From contig CAYMZY010000001.1 of the NCBI GenBank assembly GCA_964395165.1, positions 1,695 to 65,694 of the forward strand: DNA of 64,000 nucleotides, written 5' to 3'. Positions within the stretch are counted from its first letter, which is position 1, and each line of letters begins with the position of its first letter. Shown here one piece after another: positions 37,791 to 46,357 of this stretch. The DNA comes from an uncultured Bdellovibrionales bacterium. GTDB lineage: Bacteria > Patescibacteriota > Minisyncoccia > Moranbacterales > UBA1568. The notes beneath the pieces were generated by a model. The model was not told the origin of the DNA and searched no databases. It worked only from the letters and a program-made list of their open reading frames with translations. Made by a program: the position numbers and the translations under genes.

Positions 37791-39497
37791 ATGTTGACAC
37801 TTCGTGATATTCGAAAACGGTATGAGACGCGCCGCATCCTTGAGGGCGTGTCGTTCAGTATGGGCGAGGGACAAAAGATGGCTTTGGTCGGGGCGAATGG
37901 AGTCGGAAAGTCGACACTTCTCAAGATCATTGCGGGTGAAGAGACATATGACCGGGGAGAGATGGTTAAAGTGAATCGGATTTTGGTGGGATATTTGCCA
38001 CAGGAAGCGCTTCCGTTGTCCGGTAAAGAAACTTTCATCGAATATCTTGAACGGATGGCCGGGGTCAGCGAGGCGAAAGAACATATGGAGCGGCTCAGTC
38101 TATCCCTTGATCAGTTGGAAAAGTTGGCGGAGTACGAGGAATGGCAGAAAGTATTCGAGCGGCTTGGCGGATACCAATTTCGTCAGCGCGCGCGAGGTAT
38201 CTTGGAAGGACTGGCCCTCTCCCACATTCAGGAAGAATGCCCATTGGAACAGCTTTCCGGTGGAGAGCGGCGCAAAGCGGCTTTGGCCGGGGTGCTGCTT
38301 CGTGGGGTCGACCTTCTGTTGCTCGATGAACCGACCAATAATCTCGATCTCCCGGCTCTTTTATGGCTTGAGCGTTACTTGACGAAGACGAAGGCTGCGT
38401 GCCTGATTGCTTCGCATGATCGGCAATTCCTCGATACGGTCGTGAGTCGGGTTATCGAACTTGATGTATTGACGAGGAAGGCGACCGTGTACGCGGGAGG
38501 GTGGACCGAATATGCCGCGATGAAGGCGCATCAGGTGCGGAAGTATCTCGAAGCATACCGGGCCCAGGAAGCGGAAAAAGCCCGTGTGCTCGAATCATCC
38601 GAAGAGAAGCGCGAATGGGCCGATATCGGAGCCAAGCAAGTGATGCCAGATAATGATCATATGTCTCAGGGGTATCACCGCGATCGTTCGGAACGCAAGC
38701 TCGGAACGCAAGCAAAGACGCTCGCCAGTCGGGCGAAACGTTTGAATAAGCTTGATCGGCCGGCAGTGCATGATCCGATTCTGTTCTCCTTTCCCGAGAC
38801 GGATGTACCGGCACCGGCGCTCTTGGTCACGGGTCTGGTCTTCGGATATTCGACCGGATTCCGATCTGATCCGGCCACTTTTTCGGTCCCTACCGGGAAA
38901 CGAATCGGATTTTTCGGTCTGAACGGAGCTGGAAAGTCGACGCTGCTTCGGACTTTGTCAGGAGAACTCCCGCCGATTTCCGGGACGATCGATCGGAGTG
39001 GAGAGTTGGTCATCGGGAACCTCATGCAGGAGCATGAGGATATCGACCGCGTTAAGACGCCGGTCCAGATTTTTGAACGGCGTTTCGGTGAAGAAGCGGA
39101 AGAGAAACTCCGTATCCTGTTGCATCAGTTCCGTTTTTCGATCGATCTTGCCGAGACGCGTGTGAAGTATCTGAGTCCGGGTGAGCGGGTGCGGGTCGCG
39201 TTGGCGCTTCTCATCGCTTCCGGAGCCAATGCGCTTTTTTTCGACGAGCCGACGAATCACCTCGATCTTGAGACTATCGAGGCTATGGAGGAAGCACTTG
39301 AGGATTTTTCCGGGACCATCGTTTTGGTGACGCATGATCGGAGATTCATCGAGCAGATGCGTCTGGACACGCTTTTCCTGATCGAGCAGGGGAAAATCGA
39401 ACCACTGGCGAGCCTGGAGGCGTATCGAGAGCGTCTGATGCCGAGTATTTTGAGAAACCTGAAACGGCTTGATGAACGCATCGAGAAGAAATTCTGA
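37791..39497 (+). CDS. ABC-F family ATPase (tandem ABC domains, no TMD; EttA/Uup/YbiT-like translation factor)
   Basis: Two Walker A sites (GANGVGKST, GLNGAGKST), two LSGGE signatures, inter-domain linker. Confidence 0.85.
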   Translation: MLTLRDIRKRYETRRILEGVSFSMGEGQKMALVGANGVGKSTLLKIIAGEETYDRGEMVKVNRILVGYLPQEALPLSGKETFIEYLERMAGVSEAKEHMERLSLSLDQLEKLAEYEEWQKVFERLGGYQFRQRARGILEGLALSHIQEECPLEQLSGGERRKAALAGVLLRGVDLLLLDEPTNNLDLPALLWLERYLTKTKAACLIASHDRQFLDTVVSRVIELDVLTRKATVYAGGWTEYAAMKAHQVRKYLEAYRAQEAEKARVLESSEEKREWADIGAKQVMPDNDHMSQGYHRDRSERKLGTQAKTLASRAKRLNKLDRPAVHDPILFSFPETDVPAPALLVTGLVFGYSTGFRSDPATFSVPTGKRIGFFGLNGAGKSTLLRTLSGELPPISGTIDRSGELVIGNLMQEHEDIDRVKTPVQIFERRFGEEAEEKLRILLHQFRFSIDLAETRVKYLSPGERVRVALALLIASGANALFFDEPTNHLDLETIEAMEEALEDFSGTIVLVTHDRRFIEQMRLDTLFLIEQGKIEPLASLEAYRERLMPSILRNLKRLDERIEKKF

Positions 39498-39505
39498 AAA
39501 TTGAA

Positions 39506-39537
39506 AACCCCTTCTGAAGTTCGGAAGGGGTTTTTGA
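39506..39537. terminator. bidirectional intrinsic terminator (aaccccttc/gaaggggtt)
   Basis: T-run on the + side and an A-run upstream. It serves the convergent genes. Confidence 0.6.
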
Positions 39538-39549
39538 ATCCGGTCTAGC

Positions 39550-40170
39550 TTAAAGGGACTGCTTTACTCGCATGAACAGGGCCGAATCTTCCTGTTCGAT
39601 GAATGGGGAGATGCCTCCGAGAAACTTGACCAGGTTCTTTTTGAGGGATGTGGAGACTCTCCATCCGAGTGCCTCGGTGGCGCACCAGGCGTACGCGAGT
39701 ACGTCCTGGTCTCGCGCGAGTTCTGAATGAGCACTTAGGAGGATCAGTTTCCCGATGAACTCCAGTTCCTTTTCCGGAAACTTTCCGGCATGAGGGAACC
39801 AGCCACGCACGATATGGAGAAGGTTCCGGTATCCATCGCACGGGGGGCGTTCGAACAGCTCGAACTTTCTGACATCCGGAACCAGAAGGATGACAGCTGC
39901 CCGTATCTGGAAACCGATACCGTCGGTACCCTTCACGATCAGCCGGTTCATGTGGGTGTGGCAGGTGTTTCCTTCGACCCACGTGTTCCATTGGTCTTTT
40001 TCACTCGGGTCAAGAAGCTGCCCGAGATTCCGTTCAAGGGTTGCTCGGTACCGCTTCGGATTGATGGATCGAGGCGGTGGAGCTACTACTTCTGTTCTTG
40101 CGCGGATAAATATCCGGTGTTGTTGTTGTGGATTGCCAGGAGTGGCCTGAAGCGATCGGGCATGCTGCAT
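39550..40170 (-). CDS. hypothetical protein (206 aa), no recognised domain
   Basis: ORF only. Confidence 0.4.
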   Translation of the reverse strand: MQHARSLQATPGNPQQQHRIFIRARTEVVAPPPRSINPKRYRATLERNLGQLLDPSEKDQWNTWVEGNTCHTHMNRLIVKGTDGIGFQIRAAVILLVPDVRKFELFERPPCDGYRNLLHIVRGWFPHAGKFPEKELEFIGKLILLSAHSELARDQDVLAYAWCATEALGWRVSTSLKKNLVKFLGGISPFIEQEDSALFMRVKQSL

Positions 40171-40333
40171 GGATAGTTCCTCCTTTTTGGTTGTTAGTTG
40201 TTAAGGCACAGGTGAGAATTATGCGCGGGTGCACATAAACCGAAATTGTACAGTGTTCTTTGGAAAGAGTCAAGTGCCCGGAACGTGAAAATGATCCGGT
40301 CTATCATCTCCAAGAGTGGTTTGCCCGGTGATA

Positions 40334-40362
40334 TTGACTTGTTTTTTGTTTCCTGATATAAT
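40334..40362 (+). promoter_or_regulatory. perfect consensus sigma70 promoter TTGACT-N17-TATAAT upstream of the DEAD-box helicase
   Basis: Hexamers and the 17-nt spacer are seen. Leader of at least 120 nt. Confidence 0.55.
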
Positions 40363-40486
40363 GGCTATCTTATCTGATTTCTTTCCTGTGGGGTGTGGGG
40401 ATGCGAAAAGGGCTTGGGTAGGAGTAATTTCTGGTATCGTCCTAAATATATCAAGGGATGCTGCCCAAGCACTAAAGAAGAAGCAT

Positions 40487-41716
40487 ATGTTTCGAAAGAC
40501 TTTTGAGAAGCGCCATTCAAGCGAATTGCGCCAGTTATCAGGGAGGAATTATGTCGGTCGGCGGAATCAGAGTGGCGTCCGTGCCGGGAGTAATCGGAAG
40601 AAGGTCTCGCGTATCGATCCCGAATTGTTCGTCCGCAAGGCGATCGTGACGACTCAGGCCGAATCATTCGATCCGAAGCATCGATTTACGGATTTCCGCA
40701 TCGACCCGAAGATCAAGGCGAATATCGAACGTCGCGGGTACGTCCATCCGACGCCGATTCAGGACGGGGCGATTCCGGTCGTGCTCGAAAAGCGCGATGT
40801 GATCGGTATGGCCAGTACGGGAACAGGCAAGACTGCAGCCTTTCTTATTCCACTTCTGCACAAGGTATTGCATAGTCGGACCGAAAAAACGCTGATCATT
40901 GTGCCGACCCGTGAATTGGCCAATCAGATCGACGTCGAATTCCGTGATTTTTCTCGAGGACTCGGTATTCAGTCGGCCGTCTGTATCGGCGGGGCACATA
41001 TTTATCCCCAGATTAAGCGTTTGCAGCAGAATCCGAACTTCGTTATCGGAACACCGGGTCGTCTGAAAGACCTGGTCGAACGGAAGAACCTCGACCTTTC
41101 ACCGTTCAGTACGGTCGTGCTCGATGAAGTCGACCGGATGCTCGACATGGGGTTCATTCATGATATGAAATATTTGCTTTCACTTCTCAAGGAACCGCGG
41201 CAGACGCTTTTCTTTTCAGCGACCTTGCCGCGTGAGATCGCCGATCTGGCGAAGAAATTCTTGAAAGATCCGATCACGATTCGTATCGAATCCCGCGCGA
41301 CTTCGGAGAATGTCGAGCAGGATATCATTGTGGTCAAGAATCGTGATCAGAAGATCGAAACGCTGCATGAACTGTTCCTCAAGGAAGGTTTCGAAAAGAT
41401 CCTCGTGTTCTGCCGGACCAAGCATGGAGCGGATCGTCTGTCGAAGAACCTGCGCGAGCGCGGATTCAAGGCAGATGCGTTGCACGGTGACAAGTCACAG
41501 AGCCAGCGTGAACGTGCCTTGCGCCAATTCGAGAAGGACGAGCTCAAGGTGCTCGTCGCGACCGATGTAGCGGCGCGCGGACTCGATATCAAGGGTGTGA
41601 CACATGTCATCAATTATGATGTCCCGGAAACCTACGAGGACTATATTCATCGTATCGGTCGGACCGGTCGAGCTGGGAAAGCCGGAAATGCCCTGACTTT
41701 CATCGAGGAATTCTAA
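40487..41716 (+). CDS. DEAD-box ATP-dependent RNA helicase
   Basis: Q motif ...YVHPTPIQ, Walker A ASTGTGKT, DEVD, SAT, HRIGRTGRAG. The start is uncertain (ATG 40487, or the in-frame GTG near 40637 giving MTTQAESFDP...). Confidence 0.85.
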   Translation: MFRKTFEKRHSSELRQLSGRNYVGRRNQSGVRAGSNRKKVSRIDPELFVRKAIVTTQAESFDPKHRFTDFRIDPKIKANIERRGYVHPTPIQDGAIPVVLEKRDVIGMASTGTGKTAAFLIPLLHKVLHSRTEKTLIIVPTRELANQIDVEFRDFSRGLGIQSAVCIGGAHIYPQIKRLQQNPNFVIGTPGRLKDLVERKNLDLSPFSTVVLDEVDRMLDMGFIHDMKYLLSLLKEPRQTLFFSATLPREIADLAKKFLKDPITIRIESRATSENVEQDIIVVKNRDQKIETLHELFLKEGFEKILVFCRTKHGADRLSKNLRERGFKADALHGDKSQSQRERALRQFEKDELKVLVATDVAARGLDIKGVTHVINYDVPETYEDYIHRIGRTGRAGKAGNALTFIEEF

Positions 41717-41886
41717 GTCTCTCATATCCTTCATGCTGAGAGGGTAGCCTCTCGACTGTCGGACCACTACCCTGGTCTCGACAGTTTTTTTTGGGTGATA
41801 ACGTCTTTTTTTGTCTGGTTTGTCAATCGTGTCTGACTTCTGGTTCTGCGCTATCATGAGGAGGTATCATATGATCCTATCTTGGC

Positions 41887-42969
41887 ATGCAGGCGACATC
41901 GGCGAAACATCCAGTAGCCCAGGCACTCGAGCATTCTCTCGGGATGTTCGTGATTACCGATGTGGCAGGTGTGGCGGTATATGCCAATGACGGCTCGGAA
42001 CGGAGAACGGGATATGCGATCGCCGAGACGATCGGAAAGAAACCGGGCCGGTTGTGGGGTGGTCATATGTCGAAGGTCTTTTACGACGCTCTCTGGGCCG
42101 ATCTGAGACAGATGCGTCCGGTGGTGGCGGATATAGAGAATCAACGGAAGAACGGGCAGCCCTATCGGGAGAGGGTACATATCGCTCCTATTGTCAGGGA
42201 GAAGGGCAGCGCCCCGTTCTTCATCGCGGCACAACCTTTTCATCTTGAAAGTGAAGGTTTGATGGAGCGTTTCGGGGCTGATTTCAAACGGGTTTTCGGA
42301 ACAGGAAAGGGGATTTCTGATACTTGTTTTTTCGAGTGGGCGACTCGATGGTTCGGAGCTGAAGCCATATCGGTATCCCATGAGAAGAAGTTCAAGGGAG
42401 CGTCGGTGAATTTCATCGAGAATGAATTGGTTCATCCGATGCGCGAGCGTTTCGCTGCCCGCGAGGAGGACCGCATCCTGGTCGAAGCGGCTCAGACGGA
42501 TGCCCGGGAGTTCCGGCGTCTCTACGTGAAATATGAATCTCTGGTAACACGATATTTCTTGCGGCATCTTAGTTATGACCGGGATATGGCGGATGATCTG
42601 GCACAGGAAACCTTTTATCGGGCGCTCGTGTACCTTCCTGGCTTCACGGCCACGAATGCTTCGTATGGGACTTATCTTCTTCGGGTGGCGCACAACCTCT
42701 TGGTGAATTACTACCGGAAAAAACGGATGATCGCATTGTTTGATGACCGGGAACAGGAGACGGCAGCAAGCGGTATGATTGGAGCACCTCAGATATCTGG
42801 ACAGATATTGGATCTACCGGCTTTACGGGCGTCCGAGCGTGAAATACTCTCAATGAAATATGAGGCGGGATTTTCGGTGCATGAAATCGCAGTACTACTC
42901 GGTATATCGGAAAATGCGGTCAAACTACGGCTTTCTCGTGCGCGTAAGCATCTTAAGGAGCTTCTGTAG
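41887..42969 (+). CDS. ECF-type sigma-70 family factor fused to an N-terminal PAS domain
   Basis: PAS: LGMFVITDVAGVAVYANDGSERRTGYAIAETIGKKPGRLWGG...NGQPYRERVHIAPI. Sigma region 2: FRRLYVKYESLVTRYF...DLAQETFYRALVYLPGF...YLLRVAHNLLVNYYRKK. Region 4: EREILSMKYEAGFSVHEIAVLLGISENAVKLRLSRARKHL. Confidence 0.7.
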   Translation: MQATSAKHPVAQALEHSLGMFVITDVAGVAVYANDGSERRTGYAIAETIGKKPGRLWGGHMSKVFYDALWADLRQMRPVVADIENQRKNGQPYRERVHIAPIVREKGSAPFFIAAQPFHLESEGLMERFGADFKRVFGTGKGISDTCFFEWATRWFGAEAISVSHEKKFKGASVNFIENELVHPMRERFAAREEDRILVEAAQTDAREFRRLYVKYESLVTRYFLRHLSYDRDMADDLAQETFYRALVYLPGFTATNASYGTYLLRVAHNLLVNYYRKKRMIALFDDREQETAASGMIGAPQISGQILDLPALRASEREILSMKYEAGFSVHEIAVLLGISENAVKLRLSRARKHLKELL

Positions 42970-43138
42970 ATTCCCGGAATATCCTTCATGACACCTTTTC
43001 GCTTCCTAAGTGTTTATATACCGTGTACAGTCGGAATCGTTTTTCATGTCGTTTGTTGGAAGAAGGGTGAGGGGGGTCCGGGTGCGAGAGAGGCGTCCGG
43101 TGGTTGGTTTGTGTTTTTAAATAGGCTAAAAAAAAGAT

Positions 43139-45289
43139 ATGCCGGTTTATAAGATACAGAAACGCAATGGTTCGATTGTTGATTTCAATTTGGAGAAGAT
43201 TGAGAACGCTATCGGTCAGGCGGCCAAGGCGACTGGTAAGCATGATGAGATCGTTGCGCAGGTACTGGCTCAGGATGTATATTCCCGCTTGGAAGAAGAG
43301 TTTTCCGGCAAGATCCCGACGGTCGAAGAAGCGCAGGACATCGTCGAGGATATGCTTATCCAATACGGTTACGCCGAGACCGCGAAAGCGTATATCCTCT
43401 ATCGTGAGAAAAGACGGGAGGCGCGGGAAGAAAAGAATGTCGTTGTCGAGGTCGAGAGGGCAATCCGTGAGTATCTCGAGAAACTTGATTGGAGGGTGAA
43501 TGCGAATTCGAATCAGGGATACTCACTTGGCGGCATGATCTTGAACACGGCCGGGAGCGTCATCGCGAATTACTGGCTCTCACACATCTACCCGAAGGCG
43601 GTCGGGGATGCGCACCGGAATGGAGACTACCATATCCATGACCTGGATATGTTCTCGGGTTACTGCGCTGGATGGAGTTTGCGCGTCTTGCTTGAAGAGG
43701 GATTCAACGGAGTTCCGAACAAGGTTGAGTCTTCCGCGCCGAGGCATCTTTCCTCAGCTGTATCGCAGATGGTGAACTTTCTCGGGACGCTTCAGAACGA
43801 ATGGGCGGGGGCGCAGGCTTTTTCAAGCTTTGATACCTATCTCGCACCGTTCGTGAAAAAATATGAGCTTGAACTGCGGGAAGATATAAAAAAATATCAG
43901 ATAGCGTTCGCCAGTAAGGCGAAGCAGGAGCAGTATGTAGCTGATCGGGTGTATGATTATGTGCACCAGAATATCCAGTCTTTCGTTTTTAACCTGAATA
44001 TCCCTTCCCGCTGGGGAACGCAGACGCCATTTACCAATATCACGCTTGACTGGGATGTGCCGGAAGATATGCGTGAAAAGCGGTTGTTGTTGGGAGGCGA
44101 GCCATTCGCTTACATGTTCGGGGAACTGCAGCCGGAGATGGATATCATCAATCGGGCGTTCATCGAAGTGATGTCGCAAGGGGATGCGAAGGGCCGCACC
44201 TTCACGTTTCCGATCCCGACTTATAATGTGACCAAGGATTTCGAATGGGAGAATCCGAAAAACCTACCCCTTTTTGAGATGACAGCCAAATACGGCACGC
44301 CGTATTTCCAGAATTTTGTGAATTCTGAATTGAATCCGAGCGATGTTCGGTCGATGTGCTGTCGTCTGCAACTTGACTTGCGGGAGCTCCGGAAGCGCGG
44401 CGGCGGACTTTTCGGTTCAGCTGAGATGACCGGATCGATCGGAGTGGTGACTATTAATGCTGCTCGGCTCGGATATCTCCACCGGGGAGATCGGGAGAAG
44501 CTGTATGAGCGGCTCGGGTATCTGATGGATCTTGCTAAGACATCGCTCGAGATCAAACGCGAAGAGATCCAAAAATGGATCGATCGCGGACTCTTCCCGT
44601 ATACCAAGCGCTATCTCGGGTATCTCAGGAATCACTTCTCGACCATCGGGGTGAACGGTATCAATGAGGCGATCCGCAATTTTACCGGTGATGCGGAGAA
44701 TATCTCGACACCGAAAGGCCAGGCATTGGCGAAGGAAATTCTTGATTTTATGCGGGAACGCATCAAGGATTATCAGGAGGAAACGAACAATTATTACAAC
44801 CTTGAGGCGACGCCGGCCGAAGGAACGACATACCGTTTCGCCAAGGAGGATAAGAAGCGTTTTTCGGATATCATCCAGGCCGGGACCGTGGAAGCCCCGT
44901 ATTACACGAATTCTTCTCAGGTACCGGTGGAGTACAGTGATGATATTTTCGAGGTGCTCGAATTGCAGGATGAGCTGCAGCGTAAGTATACTGGGGGTAC
45001 GGTCCTTCACTGTTATATGCATGAGAAGGTGAGTTCCGGAGAGGCTTGTCGGAGTCTGGTGCGTTCGATTCTTTCCAATTATCGCCTGCCCTATATCACC
45101 ATTACGCCGACATTCTCCATCTGTCCGAAACATGGATATCTTGAGGGCGAATGGGACTATTGTCCGAGGTGTGATCGTGAGCTTGGTATTGAGAATGGGG
45201 AGCGTTTCGATGTGAAAACAAGGCAGAAATATGAGAGTCAGCAGCCGGAATCCGTCCAAAAGGGCGGACGGAAGAGAAAGGGAGTATAA
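43139..45289 (+). CDS. nrdD: anaerobic ribonucleoside-triphosphate reductase NrdD (class III), lacking the C-terminal glycyl-radical loop
   Basis: N-terminal ATP-cone (VYKIQKRNGSIVDFNLEKI), class III core (TPYFQNF...MCCRLQ). C-terminal Zn site CPKHGY...CPRC, then a basic tail with no RxxGY. Confidence 0.8.
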   Translation: MPVYKIQKRNGSIVDFNLEKIENAIGQAAKATGKHDEIVAQVLAQDVYSRLEEEFSGKIPTVEEAQDIVEDMLIQYGYAETAKAYILYREKRREAREEKNVVVEVERAIREYLEKLDWRVNANSNQGYSLGGMILNTAGSVIANYWLSHIYPKAVGDAHRNGDYHIHDLDMFSGYCAGWSLRVLLEEGFNGVPNKVESSAPRHLSSAVSQMVNFLGTLQNEWAGAQAFSSFDTYLAPFVKKYELELREDIKKYQIAFASKAKQEQYVADRVYDYVHQNIQSFVFNLNIPSRWGTQTPFTNITLDWDVPEDMREKRLLLGGEPFAYMFGELQPEMDIINRAFIEVMSQGDAKGRTFTFPIPTYNVTKDFEWENPKNLPLFEMTAKYGTPYFQNFVNSELNPSDVRSMCCRLQLDLRELRKRGGGLFGSAEMTGSIGVVTINAARLGYLHRGDREKLYERLGYLMDLAKTSLEIKREEIQKWIDRGLFPYTKRYLGYLRNHFSTIGVNGINEAIRNFTGDAENISTPKGQALAKEILDFMRERIKDYQEETNNYYNLEATPAEGTTYRFAKEDKKRFSDIIQAGTVEAPYYTNSSQVPVEYSDDIFEVLELQDELQRKYTGGTVLHCYMHEKVSSGEACRSLVRSILSNYRLPYITITPTFSICPKHGYLEGEWDYCPRCDRELGIENGERFDVKTRQKYESQQPESVQKGGRKRKGV

Positions 45290-45327
45290 TTCATCAGAAG
45301 TGGAGTAATTATCTAAAAACAAAGAGT

Positions 45328-45516
45328 ATGACCGAGGAAACACAATTGGTGGAGCGGACACGTTGCGAGGTTTGGACGCGGGTCATGGGGTATCATCGTC
45401 CAGTGTCGCATTTCAATGTCGGCAAGAAATCCGAGCACTATTCACGTAAACATTTCACGGAAACAGTAGCTGCCAATCATGCTTTCTGTCAGCAGTATTC
45501 GGAGATTGAATGCTAG
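45328..45516 (+). CDS. NrdD glycyl-radical C-terminal segment encoded as a separate 62-codon ORF
   Basis: TRVMGYHRPVSHFNVGKKSEHYSRKH aligns with the NrdD C-terminus RVCGYLGSPDRLNSGKQAEFNDRVKH (Gly radical in RV-GY). Confidence 0.5.
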   Translation: MTEETQLVERTRCEVWTRVMGYHRPVSHFNVGKKSEHYSRKHFTETVAANHAFCQQYSEIEC

Positions 45517-45532
45517 TTTCTCATCGGAACGT

Positions 45533-46240
45533 ATGCTTTTGAGCGGTATTACTAAGCTGACGCTTCTGGACTTTCCGGAGAAAACAGCCTGTATCGTTTT
45601 TACGGCCGGGTGCAATTTTCGTTGCGGATACTGTCATAATCCGGAATTCGTCCTGCCGGAGCGACTGAAGGAAATCGAGAAGGGATTCATTCCTGAGAGT
45701 GTTTTTTTTCGCTTTCTCGAACGTCGGAAAGGTCTTCTGCAGGGCGTAGTGATTACTGGAGGTGAACCGACGCTGCATCCCGATCTGGAGGATTTTATCG
45801 GGAGGATACGGGCGCTCGGATACGCTGTGAAGTTGGATACGAATGGTAACCGTCCGGATGTGTTGCGGCGATTGATCGACCGTGGACTGGTACAGTATGT
45901 CGCTATGGATTTCAAGACGAGCTTTTCTCGTTACCCAGTGCTTTCAGGATTGGGGGCTGATGCAGAGGCGATCGAATCGAGCTTCAATCTCCTGAAGGAG
46001 GGCGAGACGCCTCATGAGTTTCGTACGACCTTCGTTCGTGAGGTGCATACGGAGAAGGTGCTTCAGGAAATGAAGCTGTCACTTCGGGGCGCGAAACGGT
46101 ATTTCCTTCAGCCGTTCCGGAATGAAATCGTGCTGGATCCGAAGTTTGAGACGATGAGTGCGTTTTCGGAAACGGAAATGCTGTCTTTGGCTGAGTATTT
46201 TTCCGATACCGTCGGAGAAGTCGGTATCCGGGAGGCATAG
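45533..46240 (+). CDS. nrdG: anaerobic ribonucleotide reductase activating protein NrdG (radical SAM)
   Basis: CNFRCGYCHN (CxxxCxxC), GGEPTL. Confidence 0.8.
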   Translation: MLLSGITKLTLLDFPEKTACIVFTAGCNFRCGYCHNPEFVLPERLKEIEKGFIPESVFFRFLERRKGLLQGVVITGGEPTLHPDLEDFIGRIRALGYAVKLDTNGNRPDVLRRLIDRGLVQYVAMDFKTSFSRYPVLSGLGADAEAIESSFNLLKEGETPHEFRTTFVREVHTEKVLQEMKLSLRGAKRYFLQPFRNEIVLDPKFETMSAFSETEMLSLAEYFSDTVGEVGIREA

Positions 46241-46357
46241 GGACGACAGCTTGCTTTTTTGGCTGATTGGTGCGAGAGTGGGCGCAGGAGGGAAACTGCT
46301 ACGGCGGTTTCTCTTTTTCTGTTTTTTGACAGTCTAATAAGAAAGGCAGGAATCACA

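Noticed and set aside
46241-46357. Possible terminator after nrdG (gaaac...gtttc followed by T-rich stretch)
   Set aside because: The stem is only 5 bp with a 10-nt loop. That is too weak to call.
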